Notes under the pieces: generated by a model
What the model was told of the DNA's origin: nothing
What the model saw: only the letters and a program-made list of their open reading frames with translations
Databases searched by the model: none
DNA from: Felis catus
Taxonomy: Eukaryota
Assembly: GCF_018350175.1 (NCBI RefSeq)
Contig: NC_058368.1
Span: 79,672,001 to 79,736,000 of the forward strand
DNA length: 64,000 nt
Direction: 5' to 3'
Translations under genes and position numbers: made by a program
Shown: positions 37,516 through 51,332 of the stretch, piece by piece
Layout: the number at the start of each line of letters is the position of its first letter
Numbering within the stretch: position 1 is the stretch's first letter

Positions 37516-38954
37516 GATGGGGAGTCTTTGTTAGTTTAACTTGGTGTTTCAAGGTGTTGCTGAACAGCCCCCTAAAGCTAGGACCTCGTATGAGCGAGTC
37601 TGTGGCTTTGCCTTTTCATCCCCAAACACTTCCTGGGTGTTTTCAGTGTGCCAGCCCATGAACACATGGACATGAGCCTCCCTCTATCGAACTGCAACAC
37701 TGACTCTCCCAACAGTGACCTTAGAAATACTTAAGAAATATTTGGGGACAACTTGCCTGAGATCCAACAACATAGGTAAGAGTGGTATTTTTTAAATCAG
37801 CATGCTTTCTCTACCTGTTGGTACAGCTTCTGTCAGACGTATGTGGTACCGACCTGTGTTGCTTTGCTCTACCAAAGATGCAGGGTCATGAATTTCAAAG
37901 GACAATTCTTAAGGATGGCATAAAGATGGCGTTCCTTCCAACGTGCTCAACTTGAAAGTGACAACTAGTATGAACGTAGCTGCTGTTTGCATTCTAATTT
38001 CTATGATGCCTTGCAAAATAGAGCTTTTGTGTGTGTGTATGGGTGTGTGCGTGTGTGTGCGTGTGTGTGTCAGTGTAAGACTATTCACCAAATAATAATC
38101 CCCTTGTGGAAATCAAGACTCTTATTTATGAAATCCTAGCAAACACATTTTGCATTAGATACTACAAGGTTAAAGCATGAGAAGGCATTAAATCAGCTCT
38201 TCCAGGTGAATGCTATCCAGGAGGACTGTCCCCAGGGGTCACACCAAAGCAGAAGGAGGCTCGGAAGGATGCGAGAAACATGTGCACGATTCGTGTGTGC
38301 TCCTGTGTCATTAGCATGTGGGTGCTGGGCTCCGACATGAATGATCTCCCCTCAGGTTGTCGTCCCCTCTTGCCTACACAGGGAATCTGCACTGTGTGCG
38401 AGTACGATGGCCCAGTATGGCTATTGCATTGCGAGCAAGATGAGTCATGACAAGCCAGCTGATAAGATCATGGGGACAGCAGTGTCACCCAGAAATCTGT
38501 GCTGGGCCATTAACTGCCTAGGGTTTAGAGAATATCTTATGTGAGTCAGGAAGAAGGAAATGATATGTCCAACTTGCCCTGGCCAGGAGTGTCTAAATCG
38601 CTTATACCAAATCATGTATACCTCCAGTTTGAGGCTAAGATGTCATTTTATTGCTTTTGTTAGGAGGTTAAGATTTTAACTCAAAAGTCCCAAATACAGG
38701 GCCAGCTCCCCCTCCCCCCCAAACCACCAAAATAAACTCAAAATTGGTATTTATTGTCCTGGGACATCCCTTTCTCTCCGAGGATCCCACCTTTGCTGCT
38801 TTCCTCCAATTTTGTCCCTGTTCTCTCCTGAACACCAACTCCTCACGCAAACAGAAACCTGCTTTCAGAAAGGGTCTGATATAAGTCATGTGCACCTTAG
38901 TATGAATTTGCTGACAGTTCATTTGTTCAACAGTATGTGTTAAACAGCTACTTC

Positions 38955-39176
38955 TTTTTTTTTTAATTTTTTTTAACGTTTATTTATTTTTGAGACAGAG
39001 AGAGACAGAGCATGAACGGGGGAAGGGCAGGGAAAGAGGGAGACACAGAATCGGAAGCAGGCTCCAGGCTCTGAGCCATCAGCCCAGAGCCTGATGCGGG
39101 GCTCGAACTCACGGACCGTGAGATCGTGACCCGGGTGAAGTCGGACGCTTAACCGACTGCGCCACCCAGGCGCCCC
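38955..39176 (-). mobile_element. Young felid SINEC_Fc-type SINE
   Basis: Exact 16 bp TSD taaacagctacttctt at 38941-38956 and 39177-39192. Confidence 0.97.
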
Positions 39177-39351
39177 TAAACAGCTACTTCTTATTGATTC
39201 CTCCTCTTCCACACATTTTCTGAGTGCATGGAACACTCCCACTGCTGTGCTGAAGGCACAAAGACCAAACCTCTGACAGCTTGAGGAGCTCACTGTGCAC
39301 TGAGAAAGAAAAGCAAAGAACAGTGCTAGTGTGAAGTGTTCAAAGTGGAGA

Positions 39352-39702
39352 GTTTGGGGCTACACCGTGCTCGCTGCAAGCTCCCATGTTAAAATCCTAA
39401 CCACCAGGACCTCACTGGGAGACAGAATCTTTATAGAAGAAATCAAGTTAAGATGAGGCCATTAGGACAGGTCCTCATCCAACATGACTGCGTTCTTAGA
39501 AAAGAGACACAAAGAAGAAGACAACATGAAAAGTAACGGGGAAGGCAGCCAGGGAGAGAGGCCCGGAGCCATCCTGTTCTTCTTGGACCTCAGAAGGGAC
39601 CACCGACAGACACCTTGACCTGGGACTTCCACCCTCCACAGTGGGAGACAACAAACCACCAAATCTGGAGGATTTTGTCACAGCCTCCCTAGGAAGCCAG
39701 CA
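39352..39702 (+). mobile_element. MLT1-type (ERVL-MaLR) solo LTR
   Basis: atgttaaaatcctaacc, aatcaagttaagatgaggccattagg, atccaacatgactg, gacaccttgacctgggacttcca, ttttgtcacagc. Confidence 0.85.
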
Positions 39703-42489
39703 TCTGGCATGAGCAGGACTCTAGGGACACTTAGGGAAAGAAGCCACCAACTTTGCCTTAGGGATCAGAGAATGCTTCCCCCAGAAAGTCTGAGACAAGA
39801 CAGCCCACGACCCCTTTCCTTCCTTGTTTCCCACTCATGCACTTGCAGTGTGGACCAGATGAGCCAGTTTGGGCAATAGTTCCCAACAGAGAGGAGAGGC
39901 CAGTCAGAGCACCAGCTATCACTTGTCCAAAATGCGAGGGTTTACCTCTCAGCCCGGGAAAGCCTGACTGCACACTCATGGCCTCAGCTTAGTTTTCACG
40001 GCGCCCTGCCTGCAGCCTGTGGTGGCCACCCTCCTGCTCCTGCTTTTCAGTTGGACGCTCGATGAGCAGGTTGTTTCTTTGACCACACTCAGTGTGGGTT
40101 CCCCGAGAAGTGGATGGGGGCATTTGGCTCTGATGGGGCAGAGGGAATGGGGCACCAGGAGGGGACGAAGGCAAGGGACAGAGCCAAGAAAGGTGTGTTG
40201 ATATTACATCCTTCCCCGCTCTGGGCAGCTGAGCCCGGGCCCCGCTGGAAACTCTGGGAAAACGGGGGCAAATCACAGGCTTCAGGGTGACCCACCTGGG
40301 GGCAGTGGGGCTGGTCTGTCATTGTACTCGAACATCATTGTCATTGGGGTGGAGGTGGCTAATTCTCCAACCTGGGGTCAAAGCAGCCCTCTTCAAACTC
40401 AGAGGAAAACGTGGACACAGAGAAGGAGACCCCTGGAACATCAGCAGGAGGTACCCCCAAGGCAGGTCTGCAGGCTTCTGACCCCACTGTGCCACCAGAA
40501 CCCCAAATTAGCTGCCAGCCCCCCACCCCTGTGACTTGCCTTTAACTTTAACGCTTCCTCATGTACAACCCATAAACATGGCCAGATTTCTGACACGCAG
40601 CTAATAAGAGTATTTGTGAGCATATAAAAAATAGCCATGATTGGCATGATAACTGATAGACCATTTCTCCAAAGACCCTGAATTCTCCTATTCTCGGACC
40701 ATCTGAGCCCCATCCTTTTGCTGCTTGGGATGACCTCAGGAGTCCTGAGTCCACATTCAAATGTCCTGCTGTTACAACATCATGGTGAAATCAGCCAGCT
40801 CCAGAAACAGCAGTTGTACTCACAGTCCAAATGTTGGTCTCCAAATCTGGAGTTGGAGATTGACTCTAGCGATAGCAGGGACAGGACACACTGGGTCCCA
40901 AACCTCCGCCACAGGCGTATCCCGGGTCTCGGCACAGGGCAAGCTAGTGCTGTCTCCCTAGAAAGGTACCACTATGTCACACACCACACAGAGTAGCCGG
41001 AACCAGACCGTGGACTTCCCTGTTCAGTATTCATCACATGCATGCCCGGATGAAGTCCTCGTAAATACTAGAGATGCCAAAATGCCGAAGACACAGTGCC
41101 TGCACCCAAAGACATCACACCCCTAAAAAGAAAACCCCAAGGGCCTTCCTTCAATAAAATTTGACCTCATTCCAAAATATTTGGCAGATTTTGGAAAGAA
41201 GGGACTGACTCTCAATCACTTAAATGTGGATACTATTAAAGTATTTTCTTTTCAGGCTTTTGTCGGCCTGTGTTTTTTGGTGCCTCGCTCAGAGGGTACA
41301 AACACAGGAAGGGGATTGCATTCAAGCGCATTTCAGTGACTTGGTATGTGGGGGTGTGGGACACAATACTGGGAAAGGTAAGGACGGTACAGAAATGGTC
41401 ATTTCTGAGCCAAGACTGAGCTGGTTGAACCTTTCAAACATGTTTATGGAGCTTCAAGCCACACACCAGCCCGGCCACCTTCTCACGGTGGAAAAGGCAG
41501 GACCTACAGGTAAACAGAGTCCTGGGCGCTGCCCCTCTGCCACATGCTGGGCTGGGGTCTGTCATCTTTGAAACTGAGCTCAAGCAGTGACGTCTCCAAC
41601 TTGATTCGATCAGGCGGTCGTTCAAACCAGCAGCGTCTCCCGGTGACACAACTCTGTCTGCCCTTCATGGTTTCGCTCTTTTCCCCTCACTTAGAAGTGC
41701 CTTCTGTGTGCTCACCTCCCGGGAGTGGCCTCCTGCAGAAACCCTGCTCTCTCTTTCCTCTGTCCCCTGTACCCTGCCCCATGGCCCCATCCAGCTGGAC
41801 ACACCAGCATCATGCCTGCCGTGTGGATGTCCCCTTCTCCACTGACAGCATGCCCATGGGAGCATGTGGAAGCCTTGGAACCAGTCCGTGGCCGACCAGC
41901 CACCAGAGCAGCTTCCAGGCATAGACTGGGCCAGTCAGACTCCTCCCTCGAGAGTTTGGATGTAGAAATAAGAGAATAAAGCAACTAGCCCCAGGACCTA
42001 AAGCCAGAAGATTCCATAAGGTGGGGTTGGGGCATGATAGGTCATGGCAAGCTGCCATGGGGAGGGCACTCCAGGGGGTAAGAAGGAGAAGCACCTTCTA
42101 GAAGCTGTAGCAGAGCCACAGGAGAATGGAGCAGATACTTACAGACTCAGAAATGCTAAGAAATGGGGAAGCCAGGAAACCCGTGAAGGGGGCAGCCAGG
42201 GTGGACCCCTTGATGGCAGGCCAGGGCTCCTGAAGGACAAGTGCCGTTCTGAGAACACTGTCCCTGCTCAGCTCCAGGAGAGTCTCCTGGTGACTCCCCT
42301 GAGGCAACCCGGTGCCACACTCCCGCACCTGCCAGCTCCAGCTGGACCCACGTGCCAACAAAGATGCTCAGTGGTTTTATGAATGCAGCCACCTGGGTGC
42401 TTAGACACCAGCCTTCCTCTTAAAGGCTTGCAATCTTCTTGGTTTTGTCTAATTTCTGTTTCTCAGACCAATTTTAAGGGAAGTAGTTC

Positions 42490-42696
42490 TTTTCTTTAAA
42501 TGCTTATTTATTTGTTCTGAGAGAGAGATAGTGAGCAGGGGAGGAGCAGAGAGAGAGGGGGAGAGAGAATCCAAAGCAGGCCCCACACTGTCCGTACAGA
42601 GCCCCATGTGGAGCTCGAACCCATGAACCACAAGATCATGACCTGAGCCAAAATCAAGAATTAGACGCTCAACCGACTGAGCCACCCAGGTGCCCC
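42490..42696 (-). mobile_element. Can-SINE (SINEC)
   Basis: Full element; TSD taagggaa(g/a)tagttct. Confidence 0.96.
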
Positions 42697-45600
42697 TAAG
42701 GGAAATAGTTCTGTGTAAAAATACTGTACAAATAAGTTAAAATCACATTGTATGATCTATTTCACTCTGTGTTCTGTCCACTGACAACAATTAGTAGTAG
42801 TTTTTGTGGGTTTCAACAGGTCTGTTGGGTGAGAATTCCAAGATTCTTTGTGGCCCTTCTGGAAAAGGTATTTGACTACACAGTGGTCAATGCAAGCATC
42901 ACAAAAGGCCACAGAGAAGAAATGTCTCCATTCCCAACAACAATGCACATGGAGGAGAACCGAGGGGTGGCCAACAGCCGAGAGTCTCCTCCCCTGAGTG
43001 TCCGGTCCCTTCAAGGCCAGCTCTCCCCTTGGGGACATCCAGTGGGTGGTCTTGGCCCAGCTCTACCGGGCACACCAAGAAGGAAGCTCTGGCTGGAACA
43101 TCCAAGAGAACTGGGTGACCTCGCCCCACCAGGAGTTAACCTCACACCTAATCCACAAAGCTGTGTTTTCCTCACTTCTGTGGCTGACTCGGGCATCACA
43201 GCTGGCGGAAGATGTTTTCCCCAGGGGTGCCCAGCATCTGGGTCTGCCCCAGGTGCACCCTTTCCACTCAGGCTTGTCACGAAACCCACTCAGCAGTGTC
43301 TCTGTCTCCCCGGCTGCCTGTGAACACTGTGTCCTAACCTCAATTTTAACGCATTCCTCTAGTGCTGACGGTGCCATTCATTTTATTCTTATATGCCTGT
43401 AAATCTTTTTTAGATATGTGTTCATGGTCACTTGAGGGCAGTCATCAGCATATTTATAAGCTGAAGCAATCAGAAACCCGCATGTCAATGTAGCTTCGAG
43501 CCTGTGACACCCAGGAAGCTGGGCTGAGTCCCAGCAAAGGGGCCAGTCTCCATGAATATCATATCGTAACATTTGTGGTGATGCCCAAATGATGGCTTCA
43601 GCCATTCATAAATGCATTCTAAACCAACCCGATTATTCAAAAGGCACTGGTGCATTTGGTTTTATGATTTAAAAAATGTGGTCTTTACATAACTCCAGGA
43701 GGAATAGAATTTGCATTCCTGATATGGATTGGGAATATCCACGTGGCTGGGTCCAGCTTTTCAGGGGCCCACTGGCGGCAGCTGGCATAGAAACCAGAGA
43801 GGTTCCCGCCTACCACACGGCCGCCACACACACACAGTTGCTCAGGACACTTTCAGGGTCAGCTTCCCTCCCACTGAGATGCCTCAGGTTTTGCTCATTA
43901 CGTAGTTCATGGTGACAATGGGTCCTCCATCGGGCAGTATTTGTATTGCTGAGTTAGGGCATGTTCTCTAGAACATTCCAAGAGGAAATTTGGGAGTTAC
44001 GCTAATCAGAGTCTTCTGTCATTCCCTCAAACATCCCAAATTTGGGCTTGTAACTAATAATCATGTTTGCATAATACATAAGAGGAAAATGCTGTACCTT
44101 ATACACCAAAGTCAGAGAAATAACTCTATTACAACTTCTTATCTCAAAACACATGGAGACAGACAAAGGCAAATATGAATTTCAAAGCCTCAACCACTGA
44201 AAATGTGAGTTCTCACTGGTACTTAAACTATAAGCCAATCTCACAAGAAATTATTTGCCTACACTTGCAGTAATATGTCTGCTCCACAGAGAGCATGACA
44301 CGTGGTGGGAAGAGAAAGAGAATTGGATGGGCCACCGCTTTGTTGTTCTGCCAGCTAGTCCAGGCCAAGGAAAGGAAAGTCATCTATAGTAAGCACCAGA
44401 TTTACATGGCGAGAGACAATTGTTGTCCCAGGCACAAATACCTAGTTGACAGGGACAGTGAGCTCAAAGTGGAGAAAGCACACGAAACGCCAACGTCACT
44501 TGGGCTAAACCCTGAACCAGCCGACCTCTCTCTCAGTAATGTTCCTCCAGAGACTATGATACCACCTGCCGTTGGGGACATGCCCACACTGCAGAAGGGG
44601 CCCCGGCCGGCCCCGAGGGCCTGAGACACTGGTGCCACCTTCTCTGGGTGGGCGACTGACAGCAACTGCTCCCTGCAATCACATCCGAGGGCCACGCTGC
44701 CTGAGTTCACTGTCTCGACCTCCTTTCCAAAGCCAGTGTCGAGCCGGCAGGGACAAAACGATCTCTCACTCACTTTCCACCGAGGGCCATCACCCAGCTT
44801 TAGATTTTACGTGGAAGAGTGCACAATGAATGAGCAGATGTCACCCTACTTTTTAAGGCATTAAATTACATTGAGCTGTTTTATCCAAGTTCATCACATT
44901 TAGGTGGACTGAGATCACAGGCACGTGACTTCCGCATTTTGCCAGAATTTTTGCTGACATGATGTGACAAAAAGGAATTAAATGAGCTCGGAGTCTGCTT
45001 CTCGCCCTTCAGGTTGATTTAAGGAAGGAGCAAAAAGAGACTCTTTCCTTTGCATTTGGCATCAGGGCTGGTACACGGTGTGCTTCATGGGTGTAGTCAG
45101 GGAATTAGCTGGTCTGAATAACGGTTCTCCGGGGAGCATCTTCAGGAAGACGATGGCTTGCTGCTGGGCTCCCCGTAGCCGAAACAGACACCACAATGAA
45201 GGGGCCTTTGGAGGACGGGTCCCAGGTGCTTCAGACGTGCCTTTGTGTGTCTGCCAATGTACCCCTCTGGGGAGTTCAGTGAGAACATCCCGACTTTACC
45301 ACAGGCTTTCAGATACTGGATTTGAACACCTTTAACAGGTGGGTTCCGGTTTGCATGCCCTTTTGCCCTGTGTGCCCTGTCCCCTCCCCTGCCATTTCCA
45401 GGCCTTTCTGCACCATCCTGGTAAGTGCTGTCCCCACCACACACGGTCCAGCCCCAGCACCACAACCTCAACTGATGGCACCAGCTAAATCCAGAAATAG
45501 CGTGAACCACTGCAGGTTAAGTAAGGCATTAGCCTTCCTGTTAAAGTCGCACTGTAATAAGTCTGGTACAGACCACGGGAATGGAGTCCGGGGAACAGTC

Positions 45601-46049
45601 TGGAGTGAATGAAGGAAGCATTTTTGGCAAAGGGACAGTCTCAGCACCCTCACCACACATGCCACAGTCAGGTGCCGCATGCTCCTCGTCAGAAGCTTGA
45701 TTTGTGCCCATGAATGGAAAGACATGGGCTTTTGTCCAGCCAAGACCTCAGTGGACAATGTTTTCATTTTAACTCAATTGTTTTCAGTAACCGGAATATT
45801 ATATGGAAGCGCTGAGAAAAGTTAACTGGGTAAGACGCCTGGTGTCCTCGCCATAAGCTAACCAGGGTTTGGGCCACTAGATGGTTCCCCGGCAGCTGGA
45901 AGGAGGTAGGAAGAGCCAGCTCTTGCCGCATGGGGCCAGAGGAAGGTCAGGGCCGGACACTGACGTCCTCTTATTCTGTTCACACCTAGACCACAGATCC
46001 ACTGGCTGTGCGTTCTGTCCACTCATTTCGGAAGTTAGCTTTAACTGAC

Positions 46050-46300
46050 TCTCAATAGCCCGAACTCGATGATCTCAAGTCTTCACATGAGAGCCTCTCA
46101 GAAGGACAGTTGGAAAGGGGGTAACATGGAACCTACTACATTTCCATTTTGCAAAGGACAGTGAAGGATATGCCAGGAATTAGAGGCTGACCAGTCTCAC
46201 TCAGGTACCAGGAAAACTGAGGATAGAATTAGAGACCGTGAAGCAGTAATTGGTGGCACCATAATCTAAGAGCATCAGTGAACCAAACCGCTTAGGGGAG
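46050..46300 (+). mobile_element. Ancient CR1/L3 LINE reverse-transcriptase remnant
   Basis: 46175-46219 translates RN*RLTSLTQVPGKL, resembling the CR1 RT motif GNYRPVSLTSVPGK. It is preceded by ccattttgcaaagga, which resembles PIFKKG. Confidence 0.55.
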
Positions 46301-47471
46301 AAAAAAATCACTACTGTTAGTTCAATGAGAATTCTTTCAGTGAAATGGAAAAGCGAATGTGCCTTTTAAATTTGCCACAATCGAGTCCATCCCTACAAAT
46401 TCCCTTCATTTACAGGGTTCTCTATTTCCCGGATCACCTTGGAAAGAGTTCTGAAAGTGTTTCTGGTGATGCCAGCGATGAGGTCAACCCAGAACAACAT
46501 CCGATCTGTATGGACACCCCAGAGTTGAATCTCTGAGCAGCCTCCAACTCCACAACGTCCTTGGGGCTCAAATATTTCCTACAAAGGCCAAAAATGGATT
46601 CCGCTGACTCAGAAATATCTGAGTTAGGGATACTGTGCTCATGATTCCCCGCCCCCATGTTTGCTCCCTGAAGCATAATGGAAAAAAGAAGCCAGGCTTT
46701 GGCCCCACAGACAGGAGTGGGATCTCCAGCTTACATACTGGCTCTAAGACCTTCCTTGCCAAGGCTTAGGACTTTTTCCCCATGTGTGTGTTTGTTCAAT
46801 GTGAATAACAATCTCTGTTGAGAACAAAAACCCAATAAAAGGCATTTACTGAGAGGGTCTGGGATGTGGCCCATTCCATGTGATTGCTGTTTCTGAAGTT
46901 TGTATGTTTGAATGAGCACTATGTTTGGAAAAGGATATGACCCAGCCCCAACACCCAAATGTGGTCTCTTGGTTTGCCCTCCAGTCACATGGACTAATGA
47001 ATAAGTATATGACCCAAACCTGAAGCATTGCAACCAGAACATTCATGTGGTTGGTATTCATCAAAACAAGAGGAAAGAAAATCATAGAAAGTCAAGCAGT
47101 GTTGACAAAACCTCCAGCATCACCACAGTGTTGCATGAAGACCCTCGCCTCCCACCCAGATCACTTGGCTCGTAAACCATGCATCATCCCGTGGTGTCCA
47201 CCTCCCCATGGGCCATGGGCGATAGCAAATAAACTTTCCATGATTTATTACAGCCATTTTTGACTTTTTAAAAGATCTGTATTTTAAATGTTTTTGGAAC
47301 ACTTGTGTTATTTGGCTCCTTCTCTGTTTTGACTCCTGCTGATAAATAATCTTCAACTCTATGATAAAGTTGCAAATTGCTCTCCCTGCAGTGCTCATAA
47401 TGTCTATTCAGTAAATGTTCATTTTGCTTCCTTTCTCATTCAAGCTCATCTAGTCCTTTAAAATAGTGGTC

Positions 47472-48557
47472 TGTCAACTGCTTTTTATGCGTCTATTGAC
47501 AGGACATATGGTTCTTATCCTTTCTTCTATTAATGAAAATACAGCATCCTTTCTTAATAAAAACCTGCAAGAAAGTAGGGATAGAAGGATTATACCTCAA
47601 GATCATAAAAGATCTTGAAATATATGAAAGATCCAACATTAATATCATCTTCAATGGGGAAAAACTGAGAGCTTTCCCCCTAAGGTCAGGAACACGACAG
47701 GGATGTCCACTCTCACCACTGTTATTCAACATAGTATTGGAAGTCCTAGCCACAGCAGTCAGACAAAAAAATGAAAATAAAAGGCATGAAAATTGGCAAA
47801 GAAGAATTTAAACTTTCACTGTTAGCAGGTGACAGGATACTCTACCTGAAAAACCGAAACAGACTCTACCAAAAGTCTGCTAGAACTGATATATGAATTC
47901 AGCAAAGTCGCAGGATGTAAAATCAATGTACAGAAATCAGTGCATTTCTATGCACCAATAATGAAGCAACAGAAAGAAATATCAAGGAATCAGTCCCATT
48001 TACAATTGCACAAAACCCCATAAAATACCTAGGAATAAACCTAACCAAAAAGGTAAAAGAGCTTTATGCTGAAAACTATAGAAAGCTTATGAAAAAAATT
48101 GAAGACACAAAGAAATGGGAAAATATCCCATGCTCATGGATTAGAAGAACAAATATTTTTTAAATGTCGATACTACCCAGAGCAATCTACACATTCAATG
48201 CAATCCCAATCAAAATTGCATGAGCATTCTTCACAGAGCTAGAACAAACAATCCTAAAATTTGTCTGGAACCACAAAAGACCCCGAATAGCCAAAGTAAT
48301 GTTGAAAAATAGAACCAAAGCAGGAGGCATCACAATCCCAGACTTCAAGCTGTATTACAAAGCTGTCGTCATCAAGACAGTATGGTATTGGCACAAAAAC
48401 AGACACATAGACCAATGGAATAGAATAGAGAACCCAGACATGGGCACACAAATGTGTGGTCAACTAATCTTAGACAAAGAGAATCCAATGGAAAAAAAGA
48501 CAGCTTCTTTAACAAATGGTGCTGGGAGAAGAATGAAACTGGACTACTGTCTTACAC

Positions 48558-48595
<38 letters not shown>

Positions 48596-49825
48596 AGATG
48601 AAAGACCTACATGTGAGACAGGAAACCATCAAAATCTTACAGGAGAAAACAGGCAACAACCTCTTTGACCTTGGCCACAGCAACTTCTTACTTGACAAGT
48701 CTCCAAAGGCAAGGGAAAAAAAAACAAAACTTAACTATTGGGACCTCATCAAGATAAAAAGTTTCTGCACAGGGAAGGAAACAATCAGCAAAACTAAAAG
48801 GCAACCGACAGAATGGGAGAAGAGATTTGCAAATGACATATCGATAAATGATTAGTATCCAAAATCTATAAAGAACTTACCAAACTCAACACCTGAAAAG
48901 CAAATCGCCCAGTTAAGAAATGGGCAGAAGTCATGAAAAGATACTTTTCCAAAGAAGACATCCAGATGGCCAACTGACACATGAAAAGATGCTCAAAGTC
49001 ACTCGTCATCAGGGAAATACAAATCAAAACCACATTGAGATACCTCCTCACACCAGAGTAGCTAAAATTAACAACTCGGGAAACAGCACATGTTGGTGAG
49101 GATGTAGAGAAAGGGAACTCTCTTGAACTGTTGATGGGAATGCAAAGTGGTGCAGCCTCTCTGGAAAACAGTGTGGAGTTTCCTCAAAAAATTAAAAATA
49201 GAATTACCCTGCAACCCAGAAATTGCACTACTGGGCATTTTCCCAAGGATACAGGAGTGCTTATTCAAAGAAGCACATGTACCCCAATGTTTATAGCAGC
49301 ACTATCAACAATAGCCAAATTATGGAAAGAGCCCAAATGTCCATCAGCTGATGATGAATGGATAAAGAAGATGTGGTTTATATATACACAATGGAATACT
49401 ACCTGGTGATCAAAAAGAATGAAATCTGGCCATTTGCAACAACATGGATGGAACTGGGAGGTATTATGCTAAGCAAAATAAGTCAGTCAGAGAAAGGCAG
49501 ATATATGATTTCACTCATATGTGGAATTTGAGAAATTTAACAGATGACCATAGGGTAAGGGAAGTAAAAATAAGATAAAAACAGAGAGGGAAGCAAACCA
49601 TAAGAGACTCTTAAATACAGAGAACAAACTGAGGGTTGATGGGGTGGAGGGTTGGGGGGTGGGGAAAATGGGTGATGGGCATTGAGGAGGGCACTTGTTG
49701 GGATGAGCACTGGGTGTTGTATGTAAGCGATGAGTCATGGAATCTACTCCTGAAGCCAAGACTACACTGTATGTTAGCTAACTTGAGAATAAATTTTTAA
49801 AAAGAAGAAAAAAATAAAAATAACG
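47472..49825 (+). mobile_element. 5'-truncated carnivore/felid LINE-1 with a 64 bp 5' inversion
   Basis: ORF2 RT to C-terminus fragments ([57 protein letters not shown]), 3' UTR and poly-A. Inverted piece at 47472-47535. TSD aaa(t/c)agtggtctg at 47461-47473 and 49826-49838. Confidence 0.97.
48561..48590. repeat. (CA)n microsatellite expanded inside the L1
   Basis: Direct reading; the homologous site in the other L1 (about 62320-62330) has only a short accacacaca. Confidence 0.95.
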
Positions 49826-50679
49826 AAACAGTGGTCTGCACGCTGCCATATGCATTTCCACAAGTGATTTCCAAGGTGCTTGGGGCACAACTTGTTTTGA
49901 GTCTCCAGACACCCTTTTCTGTGGGTGCTCTTTCCCCAAACTTGCACCTGCCAATGCCCCGTTTCTTCCCCACTCAGTTTCACAACTGACCATCTTATCC
50001 TTCCCAGAAGAAGGTTTCTCCTTTCTCCCTTTCTGAACCCCAGGCAAGTACATTTTCACAGGGCATAAAGCCTTCCTCCTACCAAACCAAGGGAAGAGAA
50101 GGAAAACAGCAGCTTCCGCCACCTTATTGCACTCGCCTGTCTGATACATCTCATTTCACCTAAGAACACAACATAAGCTTAGAGGCAGGGTATTTGGGGG
50201 CCATGGTGAGGCATCTGAATTTTGATCTCTTATAGGGCTGAATGTGATAATAACAACTTTGGTTTAAATGGCATAATATCTTCCATCTCCTAAAGTTTTG
50301 TCTGATTTTTGCTCACGTGTGGGAGCCTACCCAGAGGACCCAACAAAAACGGGGATAAGAAATACTGAAGTCAGCCCATGGTGGGCTGAGAATGCTCCCG
50401 CTGCCCGTGACAAGAGGAGCCACAACCTGTTGAAAACTGTGTTTGCCAATATTAATCTGCCGTCAAACACGCCCTCTGCCTTTTACTCAGTTTTGGTAAC
50501 AAGGAATGCAGGGAATAACTTCATTCACCCACACCTCGGCTTGTGTTTGCTACTCCAAGGTTCTGATGAAAATATTTTTTAAATGTATGACAAAATAATC
50601 CCATTTTATGAAAAACATCCTGCAGTGGTAAAGGTGTATTGAAATTAACAATATTTCTCTATTCCTAAAACCTTCTGGT

Positions 50680-51120
50680 ATTTTTTAAGTTTATTTATTT
50701 ATTTTGAGAGAGAGGGAATGTGCAAAAAAAGGGAGGGGCAGAGAAAGAGAGGGAGAGAGATAATTCCAAGCAGGCACCGTGCTGTCAGCGTGCAGCCTGG
50801 CATGGGCCTCAAACTCCCAAACCGTGAGATCATGACCCAAGCCAAAATCAAAAGTCAGATGTGGGGCACTCAGTCGGTTGGGCGTCCGACTTTGGCCTAG
50901 GTCATGATCTTGCTGGTCCCGAGTTCTAGCCCCATATCAGGCTCTGTGCTGACGGCTCGGAGCCTGGAGCCTGTTTCAAATTCTGCCTCTCCCTCTCTCT
51001 CTCTGCTTCCCCCTCCACCCCACTCACACTCTGTCTCTCCCTCTCAAAAATAAACATTAAAAAAATTTTTAATAAAAAAAAAAGTCAGATGTTTAACCAA
51101 CTGAGCCACCCAGGAGCCCC
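50680..51120 (-). mobile_element. Can-SINE split by a nested antisense SINE (host parts 50680-50862 and 51093-51120)
   Basis: Outer TSD ctaaaa(c/t)cttctggtatttt; the head resumes ttaaccaactgagccacccaggagcccc after the insert. Confidence 0.94.
50863..51079 (+). mobile_element. Nested Can-SINE
   Basis: Exact TSD aaaagtcagatgt at 50850-50862 and 51080-51092. Confidence 0.96.
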
Positions 51121-51332
51121 ACTAAAATCTTCTGGTATTTTGAGTTTTTAAAAAATGAATGCCCCAAAGCAAAAGAGTAATGACAGATCTCTAGGTAATA
51201 TTTTTGCATACAACCATAAAGAAGTCTAAATAATCGAATGGCATTGCTATAACGAAACTCCTTCCAATTCCAAGCACTAATTTATTTGAACAAGATATTT
51301 TAGTACTTAAAACTATAAAAATAAATTTTTTT

